NCBI GenBank assembly: GCA_004431415.1
Contig: QPMI01000322.1
Span: 1-33,230, forward strand
Direction of reading: 5' to 3'
DNA length: 33,230 nt
DNA from: Cyanophora paradoxa CCMP329
Lineage: Eukaryota > Plantae > Glaucophyta
Shown: positions 10,801 through 21,730 of the stretch, piece after piece
Layout: each line of letters begins with the position of its first letter
How positions within the stretch are numbered: position 1 is the stretch's first letter
Made by a program: the position numbers and the translations under genes
Notes under the pieces: generated by a model
What the model was told of the DNA's origin: nothing
What the model saw: the letters and a program-made list of their open reading frames with translations, nothing else
Database searches by the model: none

Positions 10801-13800
10801 TTGCGGGGCGGCCGGGGGCAGGGGGCGGGCTCACTGCGGCCGAGAATTCGATGTCAGGATTAAAGCGACGGCGACGGCGCGCGGGGCCCGCCGCTAGCGC
10901 GCCCGAGGGCCGAGCCTAGGGGGGACCCGGCCGGCAGCGCCAAGGGGGTACCTGGTTGCGGGGCGGCCGGGGGGCAGGGGCGGGCTCACTGCGGCCGAGA
11001 ATTCGATGTCAGGATTAAAGCGACGGCGACGGCGCGCGGGCCCGCCGCTAGCGCGCCGAGGGCCGAGCCTAGGGGGGACCCGGCCGGGAGCGCCCAAGGG
11101 GGTACCTGGTTGCGGGGCGGCCGGGGGGCAGGGGGCGGGCTCACTGCGGCCGAGAATTCGATGTCAGGATTAAAGCGACGGCGACGGCGCGCGGGGCCCG
11201 CCGCTAGCGCGCCCGAGGGCCGAGCCTAGGGGGGGACCCCGGCCGGGAGCGCCCAAGGGGGGTACCTGGTTGCGGGGCGGCCGGGGGCAGGGGCGGGCTC
11301 ACTGCGGCCGAGAATTCGATGTCAGGATTAAAGCGACGGCGACGGCGCGCGGGCCCGCCGCTAGCGCGCCGAGGGCCGAGCCTAGGGGGGACCCCGGCCG
11401 GGAGCGCCCAAGGGGGTACCTGGTTGCGGGCGGCCGGGGGGCAGGGGCGGGCTCACTGCGGCCGAGAATTCGATGTCAGGATTAAAGCGACGGCGACGGC
11501 GCGCGGGGCCGCCGCTAGCGCGCCGAGGGCCGAGCCTAGGGGGGACCCGGCCGGCAGCGCCCAAGGGGGTACCTGGTTGCGGGGCGGCCGGGGGGGCAGG
11601 GGCGGGCTCACTGCGGCCGAGAATTCGATGTCAGGATTAAAGCGACGGCGACGGCGCGCGGGGCCCGCCGCTAGCGCGCCCGAGGGCCGAGCCTAGGGGG
11701 GACCCGGCCGGGAGCGCCCAAGGGGGTACCTGGTTGCGGGGCGGCCGGGGGGCAGGGGGCGGGCTCACTGCGGCCGAGAATTCGATGTCAGGATTAAAGC
11801 GACGGCGACGGCGCGCGGGCCCGCCGCTAGCGCGCCCGAGGGCCGAGCCTAGGGGGGACCCCGGCCGGCAGCGCCCAAGGGGGTACCTGGTTGCGGGCGG
11901 CCGGGGGCAGGGGCGGGCTCACTGCGGCGAGAATTCGATGTCAGGATTAAAGCGACGGCGACGGCGCGCGGGGCCCGCCGCTAGCGCGCCCGAGGGGCCG
12001 AGCCTAGGGGGACCCCGGCCGGAGCGCCAAGGGGGGTACCTGGTTGCGGGGCGGCCGGGGGCAGGGGGCGGGCTCACTGCGGCCGAGAATTCGATGTCAG
12101 GATTAAAGCGACGGCGACGGCGCGCGGGGCCGCCGCTAGCGCGCCGAGGGCCGAGCCTAGGGGGGGACCCCGCCGGGAGCGCCCAAGGGGGTACCTGGTT
12201 GCGGGCGGCCGGGGGCAGGGGCGGGCTCACTGCGGCCGAGAATTCGATGTCAGGATTAAAGCGACGGCGACGGCGCGCGGGGCCCGCCGCTAGCGCGCCC
12301 GAGGGCCGAGCCTAGGGGGGACCCCGGCCGGAGCGCCCAAGGGGGTACCTGGTTGCGGGGCGGCCGGGGGGCAGGGGCGGGCTCACTGCGGCCGAGAATT
12401 CGATGTCAGGATTAAAGCGACGGCGACGGCGCGCGGGGCCCGCCGCTAGCGCGCCCGAGGGGCCGAGCCTAGGGGGGACCCCGGCCGGCAGCGCCCAAGG
12501 GGGTACCTGGTTGCGGGGCGGCCGGGGGGCAGGGGGCGGGCTCACTGCGGCCGAGAATTCGATGTCAGGATTAAAGCGACGGCGACGGCGCGCGGGGCCC
12601 GCCGCTAGCGCGCCCGAGGGGCCGAGCCTAGGGGGGACCCCGGCCGGGAGCGCCCAAGGGGGTACCTGGTTGCGGGGCGGCCGGGGGGCAGGGGCGGGCT
12701 CACTGCGGCCGAGAATTCGATGTCAGGATTAAAGCGACGGCGACGGCGCGCGGGGCCCGCCGCTAGCGCGCCCGAGGGGCCGAGCCTAGGGGGGACCCCG
12801 GCCGGGAGCGCCCAAGGGGGGTACCTGGTTGCGGGGCGGCCGGGGGGCAGGGGGCGGGCTCACTGCGGCCGAGAATTCGATGTCAGGATTAAAGCGACGG
12901 CGACGGCGCGCGGGCCCGCCGCTAGCGCGCCCGAGGGGCCGAGCCTAGGGGGGACCCCGGCCGGCAGCGCCCAAGGGGGTACCTGGTTGCGGGGCGGCCG
13001 GGGGGCAGGGGCGGGCTCACTGCGGCGAGAATTCGATGTCAGGATTAAAGCGACGGCGACGGCGCGCGGGGCCCGCCGCTAGCGCGCCCGAGGGCCGAGC
13101 CTAGGGGGGACCCCGGCGGGAGCGCCCAAGGGGGGTACCTGGTTGCGGGGCGGCCGGGGGCAGGGGCGGGCTCACTGCGGCCGAGAATTCGATGTCAGGA
13201 TTAAAGCGACGGCGACGGCGCGCGGGGCCCGCCGCTAGCGCGCCCGAGGGGCCGAGCCTAGGGGGGACCCCGGCCGGAGCGCCCAAGGGGGTACCTGGTT
13301 GCGGGCGGCCGGGGGCAGGGGGCGGGCTCACTGCGGCCGAGAATTCGATGTCAGGATTAAAGCGACGGCGACGGCGCGCGGGGCCCGCCGCTAGCGCGCC
13401 CGAGGGCCGAGCCTAGGCGGGACCCCGGCCGGGAGCGCCCAAGGGGGTACCTGGTTGCGGGGCGGCCGGGGGCAGGGGGCGGCTCACTGCGGCCGAGAAT
13501 TCGATGTCAGGATTAAAGCGACGGCGACGGCGCGCGGGGCCCGCCGCTAGCGCGCCGAGGGGCCGAGCCTAGGGGGGACCCCGGCCGGCAGCGCCCAAGG
13601 GGGTACCTGGTTGCGGGGCGGCCGGGGGCAGGGGGCGGGCTCACTGCGGCCGAGAATTCGATGTCAGGATTAAAGCGACGGCGACGGCGCGCGGGGCCGC
13701 CGCTAGCGCGCCCGAGGGGCCGAGCCTAGGGGGGACCCCGGCCGGAGCGCCCAAGGGGGTACCTGGTTGCGGGGCGGCCGGGGGCAGGGAGAGGGGGCGG
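7810..13800 (-). repeat. Satellite B, ~157 bp tandem repeat, ~38 highly homogeneous copies (G-rich on top strand)
   Basis: GAATTCGATGTCAGGATTAAAGCGACGG (one EcoRI site per unit) recurs from 7851 to 13654. Variation is mostly homopolymer length plus a GGCAGC/GGGAGC dimorphism. Confidence 0.97.
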
Positions 13801-15964
13801 GCCGCTGCTGATGGGTTTTTAAGAGAAGGAAGCAAGGAAAGTATGCAATTAGTACCGGCATGCGCTTTCGTTCGCCGGTTGATCGCGTTGCGCCGTGAAA
13901 AGGCTCGCTTCTCTGTTCAGCTGCTGTGTGGCCAATTGGCCACACGCCACAGAGAGCGATTGGATTAGCGCTGCGAGCAAGTTAGGCAGTTTATGTAGCT
14001 TCAAAGTAAGGCGACTCACAGTGTTAGATGAGCTGCTAAGTGTCCGGCTCTCGGTTGCAAGTTGCAGCTGCAGCTGCGCGATATGCATATGCTGCGCATG
14101 CTGTGTGGTCAAATGACCACGCGTACGTGCACACGCGAGCGAGAGGGCGGCAAATGCGCGCGTGTAGCTAATATAGATTCCTTATGCTGTATACTTGTTC
14201 TAGCTCTATAGTGCGCTTGCCGCTCCGCGTCCTATAGCTGCTAATCATAACGAGCTCGCGATTTTCAAGCAGAGCTGCTCACGATCACATGCGTGCGGCC
14301 GGCCGCACAGCTGCTCACGTGCGGTGCTAGCGCTGCGCCTGCAGAGTCCGACGGTCTGCGGGCGCAGAGTGACGTCGTGCTTGCTGACTGCAATGCGTAC
14401 CCCCTTGCGGCCGCCTGTCGACGTCGTCACTCTAAGCGGCGGGCTAACTAGCTGAAACGTTGCGTTTTGGCCTGCGCCTCATGTCGCAGCTGCTTGCGGC
14501 GCCCAGAACTGCGTGCTAGCGCTTGTGCGTGGTTGCAAGGTCGACCATACGGAGCCCAGTTCATAGACGCCGCCTGGCTGCAAAGATATCGGGTCTAGTC
14601 GTATAATGCTCCATGCTTTTGCACAAACGAAGCCCCTCAGACACCGCGAACTCCTTTTTTAAAATCATACAGTTCTGGGACATCTGGAAAAGAGGGTTTC
14701 CGGCCTGTCATACCCCTGATAGCCAGGCTGGCAGTACTAGTGGGCCCACTACCAGTACTACCGTACTACGGTAGACGACTTATATTATATACCGCGCTGA
14801 CTCAGTGACTTAACTACTGCTGCTAGGGATCTAGGAGCGCTATCAGGGACACTAGAGCGCATTCTGGTCCAAAATTAATACAGCAATTGGGTTGGGAATT
14901 ATGTGTTGTGTGATGGCGCAGCGAGGGGGGCAGCGGGCTAGGCGACAGATAGCAGTAATGGAGGTTGCATGCTACTGAACACGATACATTAGGCGGCGTC
15001 TAGCCCCGTCACCATCGGTTTTCGACCACTGCGGGCGCGGGATTCGCGGCGCGGGATCGGCAAGACAGCTACACGAGTGCTAGGGAATCGGCGCGCATAG
15101 GTCCTTTTTGCTAGCGGATCCCCGCTGCGCGCCCGCGCGCCAAGGTCCCGCGCGCCCGCTTGCGGAGGGGGGACAGCGATTCCGTCATGCAGTCCGCGCT
15201 GCTAGCGCTCTGGTCGCGTTATGCATGCGCGGTACAGCGCAACGATTGCGTTGTGTACCGCTTCGGGTCCTCCGCGCTGCCGCCGCCGCGCCAGCGCCGG
15301 TTTTGGGGCTGCCCAAAACCGGGGGGACAGCGTTACGAGGCACCAGCTCCAGCCACACATCGCCCGGTGTGCGAAACGCTCGAGCGCGTCGCACTCCCCA
15401 GGCGCCGCCGCTGTATCTGGCGCCTCCATCTGGCCCCGCTCGCCGCCGCAGTACACGCCGCACATCGCGGCACATGTACAGCTACTGCTATAGGTCCGTG
15501 GCTCACTTTGCATCGTGCTCGGTTCGCTCACCGCGGGCGATCCGGCGCGGCGCATCTGGCGGTTCGTCGCCCTCGCGCCGCCGCCGCATGTCAATGCGAT
15601 CCCGTGCGCGCTCCATCACGAGCCGAAAAGCCGGCGCTGAGGTCTGCACACGCCCGCGCCGCCCCCTGCGCCGAGCGCCGACCGCGGCCTGCCCGCGCTC
15701 ATTTGCGCAGGGCGATCTCCGTTACCGCGCGTGCTCTGGGGGCACCTCGCCGTCGACGCATGGGACTCAATGGCTGCTGGCGTCTTGCGCAGTCAGAGCC
15801 AGGATCGCCGACGAGCTGCAGCATGCCGCCCCCATGCCCTGCGCGCGCGCGCTTCGCCACAACCACGTATCCGCGGTGCGCGGGCCAGCCGCCTTTGCCC
15901 GCTCTTTGATATTCAATCGGAGGGTCTTTTTGAGCGTGGCGTCAGCCACGCTGGACGCCGCTCG

Positions 15965-17905
15965 CGCAGGGATCCCGCCCCCCGCCGCCCCGCCAACCAC
16001 GTACCCCGGTACGAGGCCCGGCCCGCGCCCCGGCCCTGGCTCTGCCGGGCGGGGCCTTAGTGCCGCGCCCGGTGGGCCGCCGAATCGCTTGGGAGACGGC
16101 GCTGAACGCTGCTCCCGCAGGGCCCCCGCCCACACCCGGCTCTCCGTCGCCCCGCCAACCACGTACCCCGGTACGAGGCCCGGCCCGCGCCCCCGGCCCT
16201 GGCTCTGCCGGCGGGGCTCTAGTGCCGCGCCCGGAGGGCCGCCGAATCGCTTGGGAGGCGGCGCTGAACGCTGCTCCCGCAGGACCCCGCCCCCGCCTCC
16301 CCGCCCCCCCGCCAACCACGTACCCCGGTACGAGGCCCGGCCCGCGCCCCCGGCCCTGGTTCTGCCTGGCGGGGTCCTAGAACCGCGCCCAGACGGCCGC
16401 CGAATCGCTTGGGAGACGGCGCTGAACGCTGCTTCCGCAGGGCCCCGCCCCCCGCCTCCCCGCCCCCCGCCAACCACGTACCCGGTGCGAGGCCCGGCCC
16501 GCGCCCCCGGCCCTGGCTCTGCCAGGCGGGCCCTAGTACCGCGCCCAGACGGCCGCCAAATCGATTTGGAGGCGGCGCTGAACGCTGCTCCCGTAGGGCC
16601 CCCGCCCACACCCGGCTCTCCGTCGCCCCGCCAACCACGTACCCCGGTACGAGGCCCGGCCCGCGCCCCCGGCCCTGGCGATGCCTGGAGGGGCCCTAAT
16701 ATCGCGCCCGTAGGGCTGCCGAATCGCTTGGGAGGCGGCGCTGAACGCTGCTCCCGCAGGGCCCCCGCCCCCCGCCCCCCGCCCCCCCGCCAACCACGTA
16801 CCCCGGTACGAGGCCCGGCCCGCGCCCCCGGCCCTGGCTCTGCCGGGCGGGGCCTTAGTGCCGCGCCCGGTGGGCCGCCGAATCGCTTGGGAGACGGCGC
16901 TGAACGCTGCTCCCGCAGGGCCCCCGCCCCACACCCCGGCTCTCCGTCGCCCCGCCAACCACGTACCCGGTACGAGGCCCGGCCCGCGCCCCCGGCCCTG
17001 GCTCTGCCGGGCGGGGCTCTAGTGCCGCGCCCGGAGGGCCGCCGAATCGCTTGGGAGGCGGCGCTGAACGCTGCTCCCGCAGGGACCCCGCCCCCCGCCT
17101 CCCCGCCCCCCCGCCAACCACGTACCCCGGTACGAGGCCCGGCCCGCGCCCCCGGCCCTGGTTCTGCCTGGCGGGGTCCTAGAACCGCGCCCAGACGGCC
17201 GCCGAATCGCTTGGGAGACGGCGCTGAACGCTGCTTCCGCAGGGCCCCCGCCCCCCGCCTCCCCGCCCCCCCGCCAACCACGTACCCCGGTGCGAGGCCC
17301 GGCCCGCGCCCCCGGCCCTGGCTCTGCCAGGCGGGGCCCTAGTACCGCGCCCAGACGGCCGCCAAATCGATTTGGAGGCGGCGCTGAACGCTGCTCCCGT
17401 AGGGCCCCGCCCCACACCCCGGCTCTCCGTCGCCCCGCCAACCACGTACCCCGGTACGAGGCCCGGCCCGCGCCCCCGGCCCTGGCGATGCCTGGAGGGC
17501 CTAATATCGCGCCCGTAGGGCTGCCGAATCGCTTGGGAGGCGGCGCTGAACGCTGCTCCCGCAGGGCCCCCGCCCCCGCCCCCCGCCCCCCCGCCAACCA
17601 CGTACCCGGTACGAGGCCCGGCCCGCGCCCCCGGCCCTGGCTCTGCCGGGCGGGGCCTTAGTGCCGCGCCCGGTGGGCCGCCGAATCGCTTGGGAGGCGG
17701 CGCTGAACGCTGCTCCCGCAGGGCCCCCGCCCCACACCCCGGCTCTCCGTCGCCCCGCCAACCACGTACCCCGGTACGAGGCCCGGCCCCCGCCCCCGGC
17801 CCTGGCGCTGCCTGGCGGGGCCCTAGTAACGCGCCCGGAGGGCTGCCGAATCGCTTGGGAGGCGGCGCTGAACGCGGTTTCCGCAGGGACCCCGCCCCCC
17901 GCCCT
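15965..17905 (+). repeat. Satellite C, ~160 bp unit, 12 copies with a 5-unit higher-order repeat
   Basis: CCAACCACGTACCC recurs 12 times (15993-17758). Variant order is a-b-c-d-e-a-b-c-d-e-a-f. Confidence 0.95.
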
Positions 17906-18649
17906 GGTTTGGGCGCCCCCAAAACCGGGACTGACGCTGCACGTGTGCGTGTGAGAACATAAATTGTAGTGGTCCGACGGTCGCGCTAGCACTACGGTCG
18001 GTAAATTGAATCTCGCCGAGTCGAGCTCGCCGTCGAAGTAACCAATATCGATGATCCAGGGCCCGCACGTCTTAAATGTCAGTAGGCCTGGCATGCGCGG
18101 GCCCCGGGGCTGTCGACTCGCCGAGTCGGCGAGTTAATAATTCCTAGGTACACGCCGTGACGTGATCTTCACGCGAGTCATGATCATGATCATGATCAGT
18201 GAAAGAGCTGCCAGGCTGTACAGCCATGGCCAGCGCCTGTACAGCTGTACGTACACTGCTGCCCAGCTCATGATCAGCGGCTGATCATGATCATGACAGC
18301 TCATGATTAGCTGTACATGTTTTCAGATTTTCAAGCCTGATATCGATCATGAAGCTCACTTCAAGGCTTCAGCTGTTTCGAATTCAAGTTTTACATCATG
18401 ATCAAGAACACGCGTACGTGCACTGCGGCACTAGCTATAGCTATAGTTCTCAGAGTCTGACCATTCAATGATTCAAGTGATTAATATATTGATCCGATGA
18501 TGGATATCCCGGAGAGTCCGATTCAATGATTATAATCCGATGATCATGATCATGATGAAATTATTCAATGATATATAATTAATACAATATCATGCATGCG
18601 CTATTTGGGTATTTCCCGGCATTGCAATTGCTTAAAATCGCCGCGGTAT

Positions 18650-18900
18650 TTTGCGGCATCTCGCGCCAATCGAATGATTCGCGGCTCTTCGCGGCATCTC
18701 GCGGCAACTCGCGGCATTCCGCGGCATCCCGCGGCATCCCGCGGCATCCCGCGGCATCCCGCGGCATCCCGCGGCATCCCGCGGCAACTTGCGGTTTCCG
18801 CGAGAAATCGCGGCAATCCAATTATCCGCGATTTATCGCGGCAACTCGCGGCAACTCAGAACTCGCGGCAAGTTGCGGCAATCATTGAATAGCGGCATTG
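18650..18900 (+). repeat. 10-bp minisatellite (CGCGGCATCC)n in the foldback core
   Basis: About 6-7 near-perfect copies at 18710-18787, flanked by degenerate CGCGGCAA/CGCGGCAT copies. Confidence 0.9.
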
Positions 18901-19479
18901 AGGATCAACGGCAGGCGTTTCATGTTCACTGAGTGAGTGATCATGATCCTGATCATGATCATGAGTAAATGATCATGATACAAAAAATCAGCCGCCGGGC
19001 CGCTGAGCGCAGCGTTGAAGCGTTGAAGTTTGAAGCTTTAAAGCTTATTTATCACGCACTGCGGCAGTTCAAGATCAATCAATCATTGAATATTACAAGA
19101 TATCGATAATCAGATGATGATCAAGATCTAAAGCCCGCGCCGAACCCCATGGCCAGGCCTAGGCCCGGCCGCGGGCCCCTTAAGCTTGCAAGTATGTCGA
19201 CATCCGACAAGTAAGCTTGCACTCATCCTTGCAATACATAGCCATCCTTGCAAGTATCATAGTATGTCAACATACTAGGTCGAGAGCTTGGTACAAATTA
19301 AAACCTCAATAAACATGTCGCAGTGCCACGCTTCCTGTCGCAGTTCTCGACTAATGGCTATGAAAGGCCGCTGCAGGCCGCTGCCACGCAGTGCCACGAT
19401 GGCTATGAAAGGCCGCTGCATGCGCTCCGCGCGCCCGTCACAGCGTCAGCCCCCGGTTTTGGGGGCGCCCAAACCAGGG

Positions 19480-20530
19480 CGGGGGGCGGGTCCCTGCGGA
19501 AACCGCGTTCAGCGCCGCCTCCCAAGCGATTCGGCAGCCCTCCAGGGGGCCGTGGTTGGCGGGGGGCGGGGAGGCGGGGGGCGGGCGCCCTGCGGAAGCA
19601 GCGTTAGCGCCGTCTCCCAAGCGATTTGGCGGCCGTCTGGGCGCGATACTAGGGCCTCGCCCGGCAGAGCCAGGGCCGGGGCGCGGGCCGGGCCTCGTAC
19701 CGGGGTACGTGGTTGGGGGGGGGGGGGGGGGGGGGCGGGGGCCCTGCGGGAGCAGCGTTCAGCGCCGCCTCCCAAGCGATTCGGCAGCCCTACGGGCGCG
19801 ATATTAGGGCCCCTCCAGGCATCGCCAGGGCCGGGGGCGCGGCCGGGCCTCGTACCGGGGTACGTGGTTGGCGGGGCGACGGAGAGCCGGGGTGTGGGGC
19901 GGGGCCCTACGGGAGCAGCGTTCAGCGCCGCCTCCAAATCGATTTGGCGGCCGTCTGGGCGCGGTACTAGGGCCCCGCCTGGCAGAGCCAGGGCCGGGGG
20001 CGCGGGCCGGGCCTCGCACCGGGGTACGTGGTTGGCGGGGGGGCGGGGGGCGGGGGCGGGGGCCCTGCGGAAGCAGCGTTCAGCGCCGTCTCCCAAGCGA
20101 TTCGGCGGCCGTCTGGGCGCGGTTCTAGGACCCCGCCAGGCAGAACCAGGGCCGGGGCGCGGGCCGGGCCTCGTACCGGGGTACGTGGTTGGCGGGGGGC
20201 GGGAGGCGGGGGCGGGGTCCCTGCGGAGCAGCGTTCAGCGCCGCCTCCCAAGCGATTCGGCGGCCCTCCGGGCGCGGCACTAGAGCCCCGCCGGCAGAGC
20301 CAGGGCCGGGGCGCGGGCCGGGCCTCGTACCGGGGTACGTGGTTGGCGGGGCGACGGAGAGCCGGGTGTGGGGCGGGGCCCTGCGGAGCAGCGTTCAGCG
20401 CCGCCTCCCAAGCGATTCGGCGGCCCACCGGGCGCGGCACTAAGGCCCCGCCCGGCAGAGCCAGGGCCGGGGCGCGGGCCGGGCCTCGTACCGGGTACGT
20501 GGTTGGCGGGCGGCGGGGGCGGATCCCTGC
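19480..20530 (-). repeat. Satellite C, inverted array, ~6.5 copies
   Basis: GGGTACGTGGTTGG repeats. Outside-in order is a-b-c-d-e-g plus a truncated inner unit. Confidence 0.95.
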
Positions 20531-21730
20531 GCGAGCGGCGTCCAGCGTGGCTGACGCCACGCTCAAAAAGACCCTCCGATTGAATATCAAAGAGCGGGCA
20601 AAGGCGGCTGGCCCGCGCACCGCGGATACGTGGTTGTGGCGAAGCGCGCGCGCGCAGGGCATGGAGGCGGCATGCTGCAGCTCGTCGGCGATCCTGGCTC
20701 TGACTGCGCAAGACGCCAGCAGCCATTGAGTCCCATGCGTCGACGGCGAGGTGCCCCCAGAGCACGCGCGGTAACGGAGATCGCCCTGCGCAAATGAGCG
20801 CGGGCAGGCCGCGGTCGGCGCTCGGCGCAGGGGGCGGCGCGGGCGTGTGCAGACCTCGGCGCCGGCTTTTCGGCTCGTGATGGAGCGCGCACGGGATCGC
20901 GTTGACATGCGGCGGCGGCGCGAGGGCGACGAACCGCCAGATGCGCCGCGCCGGATCGCCCGCGGTGAGCGAACCGAGCACGATGCAAAGTGAGCCACGG
21001 ACCTATAGCAGTAGCTGTACATGTGCCGCGATGTGCGGCGTGTACTGCGGCGGCGAGCGGGGCCAGATGGAGGCGCCAGATATAGCGGCGGCGCCTGGGG
21101 AGTGCGACGCGCTCGAGCGTTTCGCACACCGGGCGATGTGTGGCTGGAGCTGGTGCCTCGTAACGCTGTCCCCCCGGTTTTGGGCAGCCCCAAAACCGGC
21201 GCTGGCGCGGCGGCGGCAGCGCGGAGGACCCGAAGCGGTACACAGCGCAATCGTTGCGCTGTACCGCGCATGCATAACGCGACCAGAGCGCTAGCAGCGC
21301 GGACTGCATGACGGAATCGCTGTCCCCCCCTCCGCAAGCGGGCGCGCGGGACCTTGGCGCGCGGGCGCGCAGCGGGGATCCGCTAGCAAAAAGGACCTAT
21401 GCGCGCCGATTCCCTAGCACTCGTGTAGCTGTCTTGCCGATCCCGCGCCGCGAATCCCGCGCCCGCAGTGGTCGAAAACCGATGGTGACGGGGCTAGACG
21501 CCGCCTAATGTATCGTGTTCAGTAGCATGCAACCTCCATTACTGCTATCTGTCGCCTAGCCCGCTGCCCCCCTCGCTGCGCCATCACACAACACATAATT
21601 CCCAACCCAATTGCTGTATTAATTTTGGACCAGAATGCGCTCTAGTGTCCCTGATATACTGCGCTACCAAATTAACGCGGTAATTTGGTAGTGCGGTAAT
21701 TGTCTTTTGCTTAGATCTAGATTTGCTAAC

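Larger units (their letters stand above)
14841..21656. mobile_element. Foldback-type element: long inverted arms (14841-17939 and 19441-21656) containing satellite C, around a 1.5 kb non-coding core; non-autonomous
   Basis: TATCAGGGACACTAGAGCGCATTCTGG at 14841 is the reverse complement of the sequence ending CCAGAATGCGCTCTAGTGTCCCTGATA at 21656. The ~1.1 kb outer unique segments are near-identical. Inner ends are CTGACGCTG (17931-17939) and CAGCGTCAG (19441-19449). Both ends are TA; no longer TSD was found. Mobility is inferred from the architecture. Confidence 0.8.

Noticed and set aside
7810-13800. CRISPR array
   Set aside because: Whole ~157-bp units repeat with no unique spacers; no cas genes; eukaryotic context.
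1-14800. rDNA intergenic spacer or palindromic rDNA
   Set aside because: No rRNA sequence is recognisable in the window and the downstream DNA holds ordinary genes; the sequence left of the window is unknown.
19319-19420. 22-bp direct repeat ATGGCTATGAAAGGCCGCTGCA, 45 bp apart
   Set aside because: It looks like a simple local duplication with no element hallmarks.
1-21340. Numerous ORFs of 60-744 aa in the satellites and inverted arms
   Set aside because: They are translations of stop-poor GC-rich repeats, are broken by indels between units and contain no recognisable domain.
14830-21670. hAT, P or Mutator-type 7-10 bp TSD for the foldback element
   Set aside because: The flanks AGCGCTAT / ATATACTG (or TAGGAGCGC / TACTGCGCT) do not match.
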